A model generated the notes under the pieces. It did no database searches and had not been told where the DNA came from. It saw only the letters and a program-made list of their open reading frames with translations. Shown here in pieces: positions 17,307-25,887 of a DNA stretch of 39,497 bases. The stretch covers positions 1 through 39,497 of the forward strand of contig JBBSMV010000001.1 of NCBI GenBank assembly GCA_038232975.1. Direction: 5' to 3'. The stretch comes from Rhodothermales bacterium. GTDB taxonomy: Bacteria; Bacteroidota; Rhodothermia; Rhodothermales; JANQRZ01. The position numbers and the translations under genes were made by a program. The stretch's first letter is position 1. Each line of letters opens with the position of its first letter.

Positions 17307-18539
17307 TTGCGCGCTGCTCTCCTCGAACTCGCCGAAGGTCTCCGCATCGCCCTCCGCGCGATCTGGGCCAACAAGCTCCGCGCGGTCCTCACCACCCTCG
17401 GCATCATCATCGGCATCGTCTCGGTGACGGCGATGTTCACCACCATCAACGGCATCGAGCGCGGGTTCGACCGCTCGATGGCGATGCTCGGCACGAACAC
17501 CCTCTCGGTCGAGAAGAACCCGCAGACGTTCGAGAACGACTGGTGGAAGTACGCCAACCGCCCGCCGATCACCGAGGCCGTCGCCACCGCCATTGAGCAG
17601 CAGTCGCGCTACGCCGTCGCCGTGGCCCCCGTCACCGGGACGATGCGCGGGGTGCAGTACCGCGAGCGCGAGCTCTCGACCGTCTTCATCCGCGCCTCGA
17701 CGCCCGCCATCGCCGACATCAACGGCCTCGGCCTCAGCGCCGGGCGCTTCTTCGGCGACATTGAGCAGCGGGCGGCGCGGCCGGTCTGCATCATCGGGCA
17801 GGACGTGGCCGAGGCGCTCTTCGTGGGCGAGACGCCCGTCGGCAAGCACATCCGGGTCGGGGGGACGCGGATGGAGGTGATCGGGGTCCTCGAAGAGCAG
17901 GGCAAGTTCCTCGGGCTGATCTCGTTCGACAACCAGGTGCTGATGCCGCTCTCGGTCTTCGAGAAGGCGTTCGGCCTGAGCGAGTGGCGGCAGATCTCGG
18001 TCCAGGTCAAGGTGGACCGCGCCGAGGACATGGCCGCCGCCGAGGACGAGCTGGCGGGGATCGTCCGGGCCGTGCGCGGCCTCGACCCGCTCGAAGAAGA
18101 CAACTTCGCCATCAACCGGAATGATGCCTTTGCGACGCAGGTCTCCGGCGTCAAGGCGGCGATCTACGGGGTCGGCCTGTTTCTCACCGGGCTGGCGCTC
18201 CTGGTCGGCGGGATCGGGGTGATGAACATCATGTTCGTCAGCGTGCGCGAGCGGACGCGCGAGATCGGCATCCGCAAAGCCGTCGGTGCGAGCCGCCGGG
18301 CGATCCTGACGCAGTTCCTCCTCGAGGCCGTGGTGGTGTGCATGATCGGCGGGGTGATCGGCGTAGCGCTCTCGGTCGGGGTGACCTACGCCATCAACCT
18401 CGTCTTCACCGCCGTCCTCTCGCCGCTGACGGTCGCGCTCGCCTTCGGCATCTGCGTCGGCATCGGGATTCTGTTCGGGTTCATCCCGGCGTGGTCCGCC
18501 GCCCGCAGCCGCCCGATTGACGCGCTGCGCTACGAATAG
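17307..18539 (+). CDS. ABC transporter permease, FtsX/MacB type
   Basis: N-terminal TM LRAVLTTLGIIIGIVSV, a large periplasmic domain, and a C-terminal FtsX signature NIMFVSVRERTREIGIRKAVGASRRAILTQFLLEAVVV plus 3 TM segments. Confidence 0.9.
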   Translation: MRAALLELAEGLRIALRAIWANKLRAVLTTLGIIIGIVSVTAMFTTINGIERGFDRSMAMLGTNTLSVEKNPQTFENDWWKYANRPPITEAVATAIEQQSRYAVAVAPVTGTMRGVQYRERELSTVFIRASTPAIADINGLGLSAGRFFGDIEQRAARPVCIIGQDVAEALFVGETPVGKHIRVGGTRMEVIGVLEEQGKFLGLISFDNQVLMPLSVFEKAFGLSEWRQISVQVKVDRAEDMAAAEDELAGIVRAVRGLDPLEEDNFAINRNDAFATQVSGVKAAIYGVGLFLTGLALLVGGIGVMNIMFVSVRERTREIGIRKAVGASRRAILTQFLLEAVVVCMIGGVIGVALSVGVTYAINLVFTAVLSPLTVALAFGICVGIGILFGFIPAWSAARSRPIDALRYE

Positions 18540-18558
18540 GTCGGAGACGGTGAGTCGA

Positions 18559-18598
18559 CCCGACTCCCGACTCCCGACCCCCGACTCCCGCCCCCGAC
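18559..18598 (+). repeat. heptameric (YCCCGAC)n tract in the leader of permease gene 2
   Basis: CCCGAC occurs at 18559, 18566, 18573 and 18580 (an exact 7-nt period) and again at 18593. The tract ends 4 nt before ATG 18603. Confidence 0.85.
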
Positions 18599-18602
18599 AC
18601 GA

Positions 18603-19832
18603 ATGCTGTTCCTCGAGTACCTCCGCATGGCGCTGGAGTCGCTGAAGAGCAACAAGCTCCGCAGCGCGCTCACCCTCCTCGGCATCGTGATCGGGGTGTT
18701 CTCGGTGATCGCGGCGGTGACGGCGGTGCAGGTCATCGACGTCTACTTCAACGACACCTTCCGCGGCATGGGGGCCCACACGTTCTACGTCTCGAAGTCC
18801 AGCAGCGGCTTCCAGATCGGCCCGACCGACCGGAGCCTCCGCAACCGGCCCGACCTGACCTACGCCGACCTCGAGCGGCTCCGCCGCCGCGCCGACCTCC
18901 CGCTCTCGATCGCCCCCGACGGGTCGTTCGGGCAGGTCGCCGTCAAGTACGGCGGCCAGGAGACCGACCCGACGGTCAGCCTCCGCGGGATCAACCAGGA
19001 CTGGGCCGTCAACAACGGGTTCGAGATCGCCGAGGGGCGCTTCCTGACCGAGGACGATGTGCGCTCGGCGCGGCCGGTCGTGGTCCTCGGCGCGCCCGTC
19101 GTCAAGCGGCTCTTCGACGTGGAGCAGGCCGTCGGCAAGACGGTCCGCATCGACGGGCGGCGCTTCCAGGTCATCGGGACGTTCGCCGAGAAGGGCGCGT
19201 TCCTCGGCGAGGCCCCGGACAACATCGCCATGGCCCCGATCACCCGGCTCTTCGACCTCTACGGCGACCCCGGCCGGAACATCTCCTACGACGTCCGCGC
19301 CCCGAGCGCGCCGATGCTTCAGGCCACGATTGACCAGGTGACCGGCTACCTCCGCGTGATCCGGGGCGTCGCCCCGCAGCAGGACGACAACTTCGACGTG
19401 GTCACGAACGACGCGATGAAGGGACCCATCGAGTCGTTTACGAGCACGCTCACGCTCGGCGGCGCGGCGATCGGGCTGATCGCGCTGCTGGCGGCCGGCA
19501 TCGGGATCATGAACATCATGCTCGTCAGCGTGACCGAGCGGACGCGCGAGATCGGCATCCGCAAGGCCCTCGGCGCGACGCGGCGCGACGTGCTCCGGCA
19601 GTTCCTCCTCGAGGCCGTCTTCCTCTGCCAGATCGGCGGCCTCGTCGGGATCGGGCTCGGCGTGCTCGGCGGCAACGTCCTGGCCTTCGTGTTCGACCTG
19701 CGGGCGACGTTCCCGTGGGCGTGGGCCGCCTTTGGGGTCGTCGGCGTGACCGTCATCGCGCTCGTCTTCGGGGTCTACCCGGCGTACAAGGCTGCCCGGC
19801 TGAATCCGATTGATGCGCTGCGGTACGAGTAG
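18603..19832 (+). CDS. ABC transporter permease, FtsX/MacB type (paralog of the previous gene)
   Basis: Same architecture as the previous gene: LRSALTLLGIVIGVFSV ... NIMLVSVTERTREIGIRKALGATRRDVLRQFLLEAVFL. Confidence 0.9.
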   Translation: MLFLEYLRMALESLKSNKLRSALTLLGIVIGVFSVIAAVTAVQVIDVYFNDTFRGMGAHTFYVSKSSSGFQIGPTDRSLRNRPDLTYADLERLRRRADLPLSIAPDGSFGQVAVKYGGQETDPTVSLRGINQDWAVNNGFEIAEGRFLTEDDVRSARPVVVLGAPVVKRLFDVEQAVGKTVRIDGRRFQVIGTFAEKGAFLGEAPDNIAMAPITRLFDLYGDPGRNISYDVRAPSAPMLQATIDQVTGYLRVIRGVAPQQDDNFDVVTNDAMKGPIESFTSTLTLGGAAIGLIALLAAGIGIMNIMLVSVTERTREIGIRKALGATRRDVLRQFLLEAVFLCQIGGLVGIGLGVLGGNVLAFVFDLRATFPWAWAAFGVVGVTVIALVFGVYPAYKAARLNPIDALRYE

Positions 19833-19912
19833 TACAGCGTCAACCCTCTTTCGATGAGCAGTAGGGATGAGCAGTAGGAACGCCCTTCGCTCTGCTGCCT
19901 ACTCAGAAGACA

Positions 19913-19984
19913 GTCATCCCCGACCCCGCTCGGGGACCCGTCGGGTTTGCAAGCCCGGTGGGTCCCCACTTTCGCGGGGATGAC
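19913..19984 (+). other. 72-nt rod-like hairpin in a long non-coding gap
   Basis: GTCATCCCCG (19913-19922) pairs with CGGGGATGAC (19975-19984). The inner stem is GGGGACCC (19932-19939) / GGGTCCCC (19960-19967), and the apical stem is CGGG-TTTGCAAG-CCCG. Confidence 0.7.
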
Positions 19985-20403
19985 GTGGAAAAGGACGAGG
20001 GAGCTAGTCATCATGTGACGGCTGACCGAGTAGTAGCATGCCGCTCTCGACTGCGCGGATCCAAATCGGCCGGCGGGGCCGATATACGGGCGCATCTGGG
20101 AGGGCAACCGTTCCGCGGACTGAGGGGGCCTACTGAAGGTCGGCAGAAGCGGATGCAAAACCCTCTCGCTCAGCCTAGACTCTATGAGGGCTTGCTCCCT
20201 CGAAGTAGAGCTGCCTCTCGTTTTAGACCAGGATCGCAAGTGGATAGGCACGCGGTGGGAGGCGGAAGAGGGAACGCTCTACCTACTCGACGCTCCGCAA
20301 TGGCCCCCTGACTGGCCGCTGCGCCGAGTGGGGCCGCCGAAGGCGAGGTTCTAGGGGTAGGGGGGCATATCTTCCACTCTTCCACGCCTCCGCTCTTCCG
20401 CTC

Positions 20404-21810
20404 GTGAAAGCCTACCGGACCTCGGTCAAGATCAAGCTCGGCCTCATCGTGGCGGCCGTGCTGATCGCGGTCGCCTCGCTGTGGTACACGAACGCGCTGG
20501 CGAACCGGCTGATGCGCCAGGAGCAGGAGGCCATCCAGCTGTGGGCGCGCGCCATCGAGTACCAGACGCAGGTGGACGCGGAGAACCCGTACCAGGCCGC
20601 GTTCTCCCGGCTCGAAACCCTCCTGAATGACTCCGCCTTCGGGGACCCCGCCGCGCTCCCGCGCCGCTCGGCGGACTCGCTCCGGGCGGCGCTCCGGTGG
20701 GCGCGCTCGATGCCGGCCTCCGACGAGATCAACTTCGTCTTCAACGAGATCGTCCAGCCCGAGCGCTTCTACGTCCCGGCCATCATCACCGACACGACGC
20801 TCGCCTACGTCGTGACCTGGCGCAACGTGGACGTGGACTCGACCCTGGCACAGACGGAGCGCGATGCCGTGCTCCTCGGCGAGGCCGCCGCCTTCGACGC
20901 CATCCACCCGCCGATCCGGCTCCACCTCGGCGAGGGCCTCGACGTGCAGCTCATCCACTACGGCGAGAGCGACATGGTGCGCACGCTCCGGTGGTTCCCG
21001 CTCGTGCAGTTCCTCTTCGTCGGGCTGTTCATCCTCGTCGGCTACCTCGGCTTCTCCTACGTCCGGCGCAGCGAGCAGTCGAGCCTCTGGGTCGGCATGG
21101 CGAAGGAGGCGGCGCACCAGCTCGGCACCCCGATCTCGAGCATCATGGGCTGGATCGAACTGCTCCGGGTCGGCGACAGCGTGCCCAACGAGGAGGTCGC
21201 CGAGGAGCTGGAAAAGGACGTCGGGCGGCTCCACCGCGTCGCCGACCGCTTCCAGACGATCGGCTCGGTGCCGGCGCTCGAGGCGCAGCCGCTGGCCGGC
21301 GTCACCGAGGCCGTCGCCGACTACATCCGCCGCCGGATGCCGTCGGCCGGCCGGGGCGTCCGGCTCGAGGTGGACGTGCCGCCGGAGCTGTGGGTGAGTG
21401 CCAACCGCGAGCTCTTCGAGTGGGTGGTCGAGAACCTGCTCAAGAACGCGCTCGACGCGCTCGAAGGCGACGCCGGGACGATCAGCCTCCGGGGCTACCG
21501 GACGCCGGGGCGGGCGGGCACTGTCACGCTCGACGTGCGCGACACCGGGCGGGGGATCGAGCGCAGCGCGGCGCGCCACGTCTTCCGGCCGGGCTTCTCG
21601 ACCAAGCCGCGCGGGTGGGGCCTCGGCCTGAGCCTCGCCAAGCGGATCGTCGAGGACTACCACGGCGGCACGCTGACGCTGGCCGAGACGCGCCCCGGCG
21701 AGGGCACCACGTTCCGCATCGTCCTCGACGAAGCCGAGCCGGTCGCCGCGCCCGGCCCCGCGCCGGCCGTTCTATCGGAGGCGGCCTACCGCCCGAAGCC
21801 GACGGCGTGA
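20404..21810 (+). CDS. sensor histidine kinase (two TM segments, periplasmic domain, HisKA + HATPase_c)
   Basis: H-box EAAHQLGTPISSIMGWIELL, N-box VVENLLKNALDAL, G1 DTGRGI and G2 GWGLGLSLAKRIVEDYHGG. The GTG start has a CT-rich leader. There is no response regulator in the window. Confidence 0.9.
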   Translation: MKAYRTSVKIKLGLIVAAVLIAVASLWYTNALANRLMRQEQEAIQLWARAIEYQTQVDAENPYQAAFSRLETLLNDSAFGDPAALPRRSADSLRAALRWARSMPASDEINFVFNEIVQPERFYVPAIITDTTLAYVVTWRNVDVDSTLAQTERDAVLLGEAAAFDAIHPPIRLHLGEGLDVQLIHYGESDMVRTLRWFPLVQFLFVGLFILVGYLGFSYVRRSEQSSLWVGMAKEAAHQLGTPISSIMGWIELLRVGDSVPNEEVAEELEKDVGRLHRVADRFQTIGSVPALEAQPLAGVTEAVADYIRRRMPSAGRGVRLEVDVPPELWVSANRELFEWVVENLLKNALDALEGDAGTISLRGYRTPGRAGTVTLDVRDTGRGIERSAARHVFRPGFSTKPRGWGLGLSLAKRIVEDYHGGTLTLAETRPGEGTTFRIVLDEAEPVAAPGPAPAVLSEAAYRPKPTA

Positions 21811-21958
21811 CAGGCCGAGCGTGCGTGCCGGCCGGCTCTAGTTGGCAGTGTCCGATTCGCGGCGCAGGGCAGCGTGGCACCTATCCCGTTGCCGATAGGC
21901 GAGGTACCTCTGCGAAAATATTCGCTGATTTCTTGCATAGAGCTGCGCCGTCCCCTAC

Positions 21959-21994
21959 CTTGAGGAAGCCGAGACCCGACTTGAGGAAGCCAAG
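21959..21994 (+). repeat. direct repeat CTTGAGGAAGCC(G/A)AG x2 with 21-nt period, just upstream of FG-GAP paralog 1
   Basis: The copies lie at 21959-21973 and 21980-21994 and match at 14/15 positions. The second copy ends 12 nt before ATG 22007. Confidence 0.85.
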
Positions 21995-22006
21995 CCAGAG
22001 ACGATC

Positions 22007-23569
22007 ATGCGCTCGACACTCTGCACTGTTCTGCTGACCCTCTGCTGCCTCGTCTCCGCAGCGGCACAGCCTGTCTTCACCGAAGACGCCAAGCTCGTCG
22101 GCTCTGGTACCAGCAAGTTTGCCAACCCCGGCTGGTCTATTGCTGCTGCCGCTGACTTCGTCGTCCTTGGGGGGCGCCTTGACGACTCGGTCTACGTCTT
22201 CCGCGAGACGGGGGGCGGGTGGGAGGAGGAAGCCGCTCTCCGCGCCTCCGAGCCGAGCTTCTTCACCTTCGGCTTCTCCGTCGGCGCGTGGAGCGGGGGC
22301 GGTGAGGATGTTGCTCTGGTCGGCGCTTACGGCGATTCCGACCGCCCCGAAAGCGATGCGGCCTACATCTTCCGGCGTTCCGGCGACGGAGTGTGGGCTG
22401 AAGAAGCCCGTCTGTCTGATGGTCCCGAGGCCTGGGAATACTTTGGAGGAACTGCCGTCGCCATAGGTGGCAATTATGCCGTAGTTGGTGCGCTTGGAGC
22501 CGATGACTTCGGTGAAGCTACAGGGGCTGCCTATATCTTTAGACGCACGACCACGGGGATCTGGGGCGAAGATGTACGCCTCCTCGCTTCCGACGCTAGC
22601 GCTCTGGCAGGGTTTGGGCGTGGGGTGGCTATGATTGTGTCGAGCGAGGGCGTGCCTTTTGTCCTCATCGGCGCGCCGAGCGACAGCGACCAGCGGGGCG
22701 CGGCCTACGCCTTCCGGCGCGCGACCGACGGCACCTGGGTCGAGGAGGCCAAGCTCACCGCCCCGGACTCTGACACCGGTGACCTCTTCGCTCTCGGGGT
22801 CGCACTCGCCGAGACCCCCGAGGGCGACATCCTCGCCCTCGCCGGAGCACTCGGCGACCGCGACGCGGGCCTCCAGTCCGGAGCCGGCTACGTCTTCCGC
22901 CGCGAGAGTGGCGGCACGTGGGCCTTCGAGGAGAAGCTCACCGCCGCCGACGGGCAGAGCGGCCAGCGCCTCGGGTGGTCCGTCGCGCTGGCCGCCGCGC
23001 CCGCCGTCGGTGGCACCGTCGCGGTCCTCGGCGCGGACGGGGCCTACAACTTCGCCGGGACGGTGCGCCTCTTCCGCCGCACGACCGAAGGCGGCGCGCC
23101 GGTCTGGCGCGAGGAGGCCGAGCTCTGGGCGAGCGCCCGCGCGCCCGGAGACGAGCTCGGGCAATCCGTCGCTGCGACAGGCCGCTATGCCGTGGCAGGC
23201 GCGCCCAACAACGACGGCGAGGGCGGCCCGGCCGGGCCGGGCGCGGGCTACGTCTGGGACCTGGAGCGCGCGGTGCCGGCCGAGCCTGCACCTACAGCGA
23301 GTGCGGACGGCGCGGAGCTCACGGCGTGGCCGAACCCGTCGGCCGGCGGCGCGGTGTCGCTGCGGCTGCGGCTGGCGCGCGCGGGGCACGTGCGCCTCGA
23401 GGCCTTCGACGCGCTCGGTCGCCGGGTCGTGGTGCTGGCCGACCGCCGCATGACAGCCGGTGAGCACGTCGTGCCTCTGCTCAGCGGCACCTGGCGCGCC
23501 GGGACGTACTTCCTGCGCCTGCGTACCGAGGCCGAGGTCGTCACCGTGCCGCTCACGCTACTCGAATGA
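22007..23569 (+). CDS. secreted FG-GAP-like repeat (beta-propeller) protein with T9SS C-terminal sorting domain, paralog 1
   Basis: It has a signal peptide and about 7 repeats of the form GAAY(I/V)FRR...G.W.EE.KL.A.D....FG.SVA......VGA..D. The C-terminus is WPNPSAGGAVSLRL...GTYFLRLRTEAEVVTVPLTLLE. Confidence 0.85.
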   Translation: MRSTLCTVLLTLCCLVSAAAQPVFTEDAKLVGSGTSKFANPGWSIAAAADFVVLGGRLDDSVYVFRETGGGWEEEAALRASEPSFFTFGFSVGAWSGGGEDVALVGAYGDSDRPESDAAYIFRRSGDGVWAEEARLSDGPEAWEYFGGTAVAIGGNYAVVGALGADDFGEATGAAYIFRRTTTGIWGEDVRLLASDASALAGFGRGVAMIVSSEGVPFVLIGAPSDSDQRGAAYAFRRATDGTWVEEAKLTAPDSDTGDLFALGVALAETPEGDILALAGALGDRDAGLQSGAGYVFRRESGGTWAFEEKLTAADGQSGQRLGWSVALAAAPAVGGTVAVLGADGAYNFAGTVRLFRRTTEGGAPVWREEAELWASARAPGDELGQSVAATGRYAVAGAPNNDGEGGPAGPGAGYVWDLERAVPAEPAPTASADGAELTAWPNPSAGGAVSLRLRLARAGHVRLEAFDALGRRVVVLADRRMTAGEHVVPLLSGTWRAGTYFLRLRTEAEVVTVPLTLLE

Positions 23570-23620
23570 CATCGCGGCCTCAGCACTACTCAGCCTTTAG
23601 CCATTCCGGAGAACCGATCC

Positions 23621-25195
23621 TTGCCTAGACGAGCGCCATACATCCTACTTCTCTTCCTGGCTGCGTCATCGACGCAGGCACAGCCGATCATCACCGAGGA
23701 CGCCAAGCTCGTCGGCTCCGGGGCCGACTCCTTCGCCACCGCCGGGTGGGCGATTGCCGCCGCCGACGGCTTCGTCGTGCTCGGGGCCTTCGGCGACAAC
23801 TCCTTCCCCACCACCGGCGCGGCCTACGTCTTCCGCGAGACGGCGGACGGGTGGGAAGAGGAGACGCGGCTCAACGCCTCCGAGCCGAGCTTCTTCACAT
23901 TCGGCTTCTCCGTCGCAGCGTGGAGCGGGGACGGTGAGGAGGTCGCTCTGGTCGGCGCTTACGGCGATTCCGACCGCCCCGAGACCGACGCGGCCTATGT
24001 CTTTCGTCGCACCACTGAGGGTGCGTGGGTCGAGGAGGATCGGCTTACTAACAGTCCTAAATCGTTTGAGTTCTTTGGCAGAGCGGTGGCGATCCACGGG
24101 GACTACGCCGTCGTAGGAGCCCCAGGGGCCGACGATGCGGGAGGGACCACGGGGGCCGCCTATGTCTTTCGTCGCACCACTGAAGGTACGTGGGTCGAGG
24201 AGGCCCGCCTCCTCGCTTCCGACGCCAGTATGAAGGCCGGTTTTGCGCGAGGGGTGGCTGCTTTTGTGTCCAGCGACGGCGTACCCCTTACCCTCATCGG
24301 TGCACCGAGTGACAGCGACCTACGAGGGGCGGCCTATGCCTTCCGCCGCACGAGTGACGGCATCTGGGTCGAGGAGGCAAAGCTCGTCGCTTCCGATTCT
24401 GAGACGAATGACCTCTTTGGACTCGGTGTCGCGCTCGCAGAGGCCCCCGGCGGCGAGATCCTCGCGCTCGCCGGAGCGCTCGGCGACCGAGACACGGGTC
24501 TCCAGTCTGGGGCCGGGTACGTCTTCCGCCGTGAGAGCGATGGTACGTGGGTTTTCGAAGAAAAGCTCACGGCAGCAAACGGACAGAGCGGTCAGCGCCT
24601 CGGGTGGTCGGTCGCCCTCGCTGCCGCGCCGGAGGTGGGCGGCACCGTCGCCGTCCTCGGCGGGGACGGAGCCTACAACTTCGCCGGCACCGTGCGGCTC
24701 TTCCGCCGGACGGCGGGGGAGAGTGACCCGGTATGGACTGAAGAGGCCGAGTTGTGGGCGAGCGACCGCGCGCCCGGAGACGAGCTCGGCTACGCGGTCG
24801 GCGCGTCGGGCCGCTACGCGGTGGCGGGCGCGCCCTACAACGACGGGCAGGATAGTCCGGCGCGCGGGGCGGGCTACGTGTGGGACCTCCGCCGCGCAGT
24901 GCCCCTAGAGCCTGAGCCGGTCGCGGGCACAGACCGCGCAGAACTCACAGCGTACCCGAACCCGGCGGCGAGCGGCCCGGTGTCGCTGCGGCTGCGGCTG
25001 CCGCGCGCGATACACGTGCGCCTCGACGTGTTCGACGCGCTCGGTCGCAAGGTAGCCACGCTCGCAGACCGGCGGATGACGGCCGGAGAACGCATCCTCC
25101 CGCTGCACAGCGACGGCTGGCGCACCGGGATGTACTTCGTTCGCCTCCGCACCGAGGCCGAGGTCATCACCGTGCCGCTCACCCTCCTCGAATAG
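23621..25195 (+). CDS. secreted FG-GAP-like repeat protein with T9SS C-terminal sorting domain, paralog 2
   Basis: Collinear with paralog 1, and most aligned residues are identical by eye. TTG start, signal peptide ILLLFLAASSTQAQP, and the same Por_Secre_tail-type end. Confidence 0.85.
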   Translation: MPRRAPYILLLFLAASSTQAQPIITEDAKLVGSGADSFATAGWAIAAADGFVVLGAFGDNSFPTTGAAYVFRETADGWEEETRLNASEPSFFTFGFSVAAWSGDGEEVALVGAYGDSDRPETDAAYVFRRTTEGAWVEEDRLTNSPKSFEFFGRAVAIHGDYAVVGAPGADDAGGTTGAAYVFRRTTEGTWVEEARLLASDASMKAGFARGVAAFVSSDGVPLTLIGAPSDSDLRGAAYAFRRTSDGIWVEEAKLVASDSETNDLFGLGVALAEAPGGEILALAGALGDRDTGLQSGAGYVFRRESDGTWVFEEKLTAANGQSGQRLGWSVALAAAPEVGGTVAVLGGDGAYNFAGTVRLFRRTAGESDPVWTEEAELWASDRAPGDELGYAVGASGRYAVAGAPYNDGQDSPARGAGYVWDLRRAVPLEPEPVAGTDRAELTAYPNPAASGPVSLRLRLPRAIHVRLDVFDALGRKVATLADRRMTAGERILPLHSDGWRTGMYFVRLRTEAEVITVPLTLLE

Positions 25196-25293
25196 CTCCG
25201 CGTCCCGCGCGTAGCGGCCACCCTATACCTCCCACGCTAGACCACTCCCATGCTCGACTCCATCATCCAAACCACCACCAAACCCCCAGACCC

Positions 25294-25887
25294 ATGCTAC
25301 GACATGCGAACGTCTCTCTCCTTACCGTCCTGCTCATGGTGAGCGCCTACCTGGGCACCTCTACTCCGGCAAACGCTCAGGTTGCCCCAGAGGACTCGAC
25401 CGTCTGCTTCCTCTCGCATCTGGACTCGACTACGGTAGCGGGCCTCGAGTCTTCGCCGCCCGTTGATCCCGGAGCGGTTCTCAGATTCCCCAATCGCGGC
25501 AGGATCAACGCCCTTCACATCTTCGTCCAGTTCGCTGCCGACAGCATTGACACGGAGCCTCAAGATCTTCAGACGGAATGGCCGGCGACGCTGAGCCTGG
25601 GACCGGGTAACCCCCTTCCGACGTGGGCGGACGACATGCTGGCCGACCCCGGCACCGACCCGTCGAACTACGCCGAAGGCTCGCTCAGCCAGTACTACCA
25701 CCTCATGTCCGGCGGGCGGTTTACAAGCTCGAAGGCTACGTCTACCCCCAGGTTTACATCCCAGACCACGACCCCGACTGGTACATCAACAACACCGGGA
25801 CCTTCGCAAACGCCTCGATTCGCCTTTCGCATGAGATCCTCTCGCACGTCGCGGCCAACCCGCAGGGTATCCCGTTTGACGAGCTAG
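25294..25887 (+). pseudogene. fragment 1 of a disrupted metalloprotease/beta-helix/T9SS gene (signal peptide plus start of an M6-like domain)
   Basis: MLRHANVSLLTVLLMVSAYLGTSTPANAQ ... GSLSQYYHLMSGGRF is protein-like up to ~25722. After that the frame gives S/T/P/R-rich junk. Confidence 0.7.

Noticed and set aside
17097-18779. N-terminal ~560 aa of the 765-aa minus-strand ORF that ends in the carbonic anhydrase.
   Set aside because: Only the last 204 aa look like a beta-CA, with an internal ATG that has a proper leader. The rest is antisense to the FtsX-type permease gene and is D/R/E/G/H-rich.
19913-19984. 72-nt element with a terminal stem and a loop containing TTGCAA, considered as a tRNA or tRNA-like gene.
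   Set aside because: The closing stem is 10 bp rather than 7. There are no D- or T-arms, no TTCGA-type T-loop, and the apical loop is 8 nt. It folds as a rod, not a cloverleaf.
19976-20380. Possible tmRNA (ssrA). The segment starts GGGGATGAC like Chlorobi/Bacteroidota tmRNAs and is ~400 nt long. It has a GCA-initiated mini-ORF (AEADAKPSRSA-stop near 20145-20180) and ends near ...GGTTCTAGGGG...CATATCTTCCAC.
   Set aside because: There is no foldable T-arm (no GGTTCGA-type loop with a complementary stem) and no acceptor 3' strand complementary to GGGGATG followed by ACCA. The D-loop analogue UUCGA is missing, and the tag does not end in a hydrophobic (L/M/V)AA. The GGGGATGAC is instead the 3' arm of a perfect 10-bp hairpin. 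cmsearch with the tmRNA model would settle it.
20182-23467. Long minus-strand ORFs (493 aa and 528 aa) opposite the histidine kinase and FG-GAP paralog 1.
   Set aside because: They are antisense to ORFs with clear H/N/G boxes and repeat plus T9SS CTD architecture. Their composition is not protein-like.
25720-25722. Programmed ribosomal frameshifting as the explanation for the frame switch in the protease gene.
   Set aside because: There is no canonical slippery heptamer (the context is CGG TTT ACA) and no obvious downstream pseudoknot. A second, independent disruption (the 16-bp duplication) in the same gene makes simple mutational decay or sequence error far more likely.
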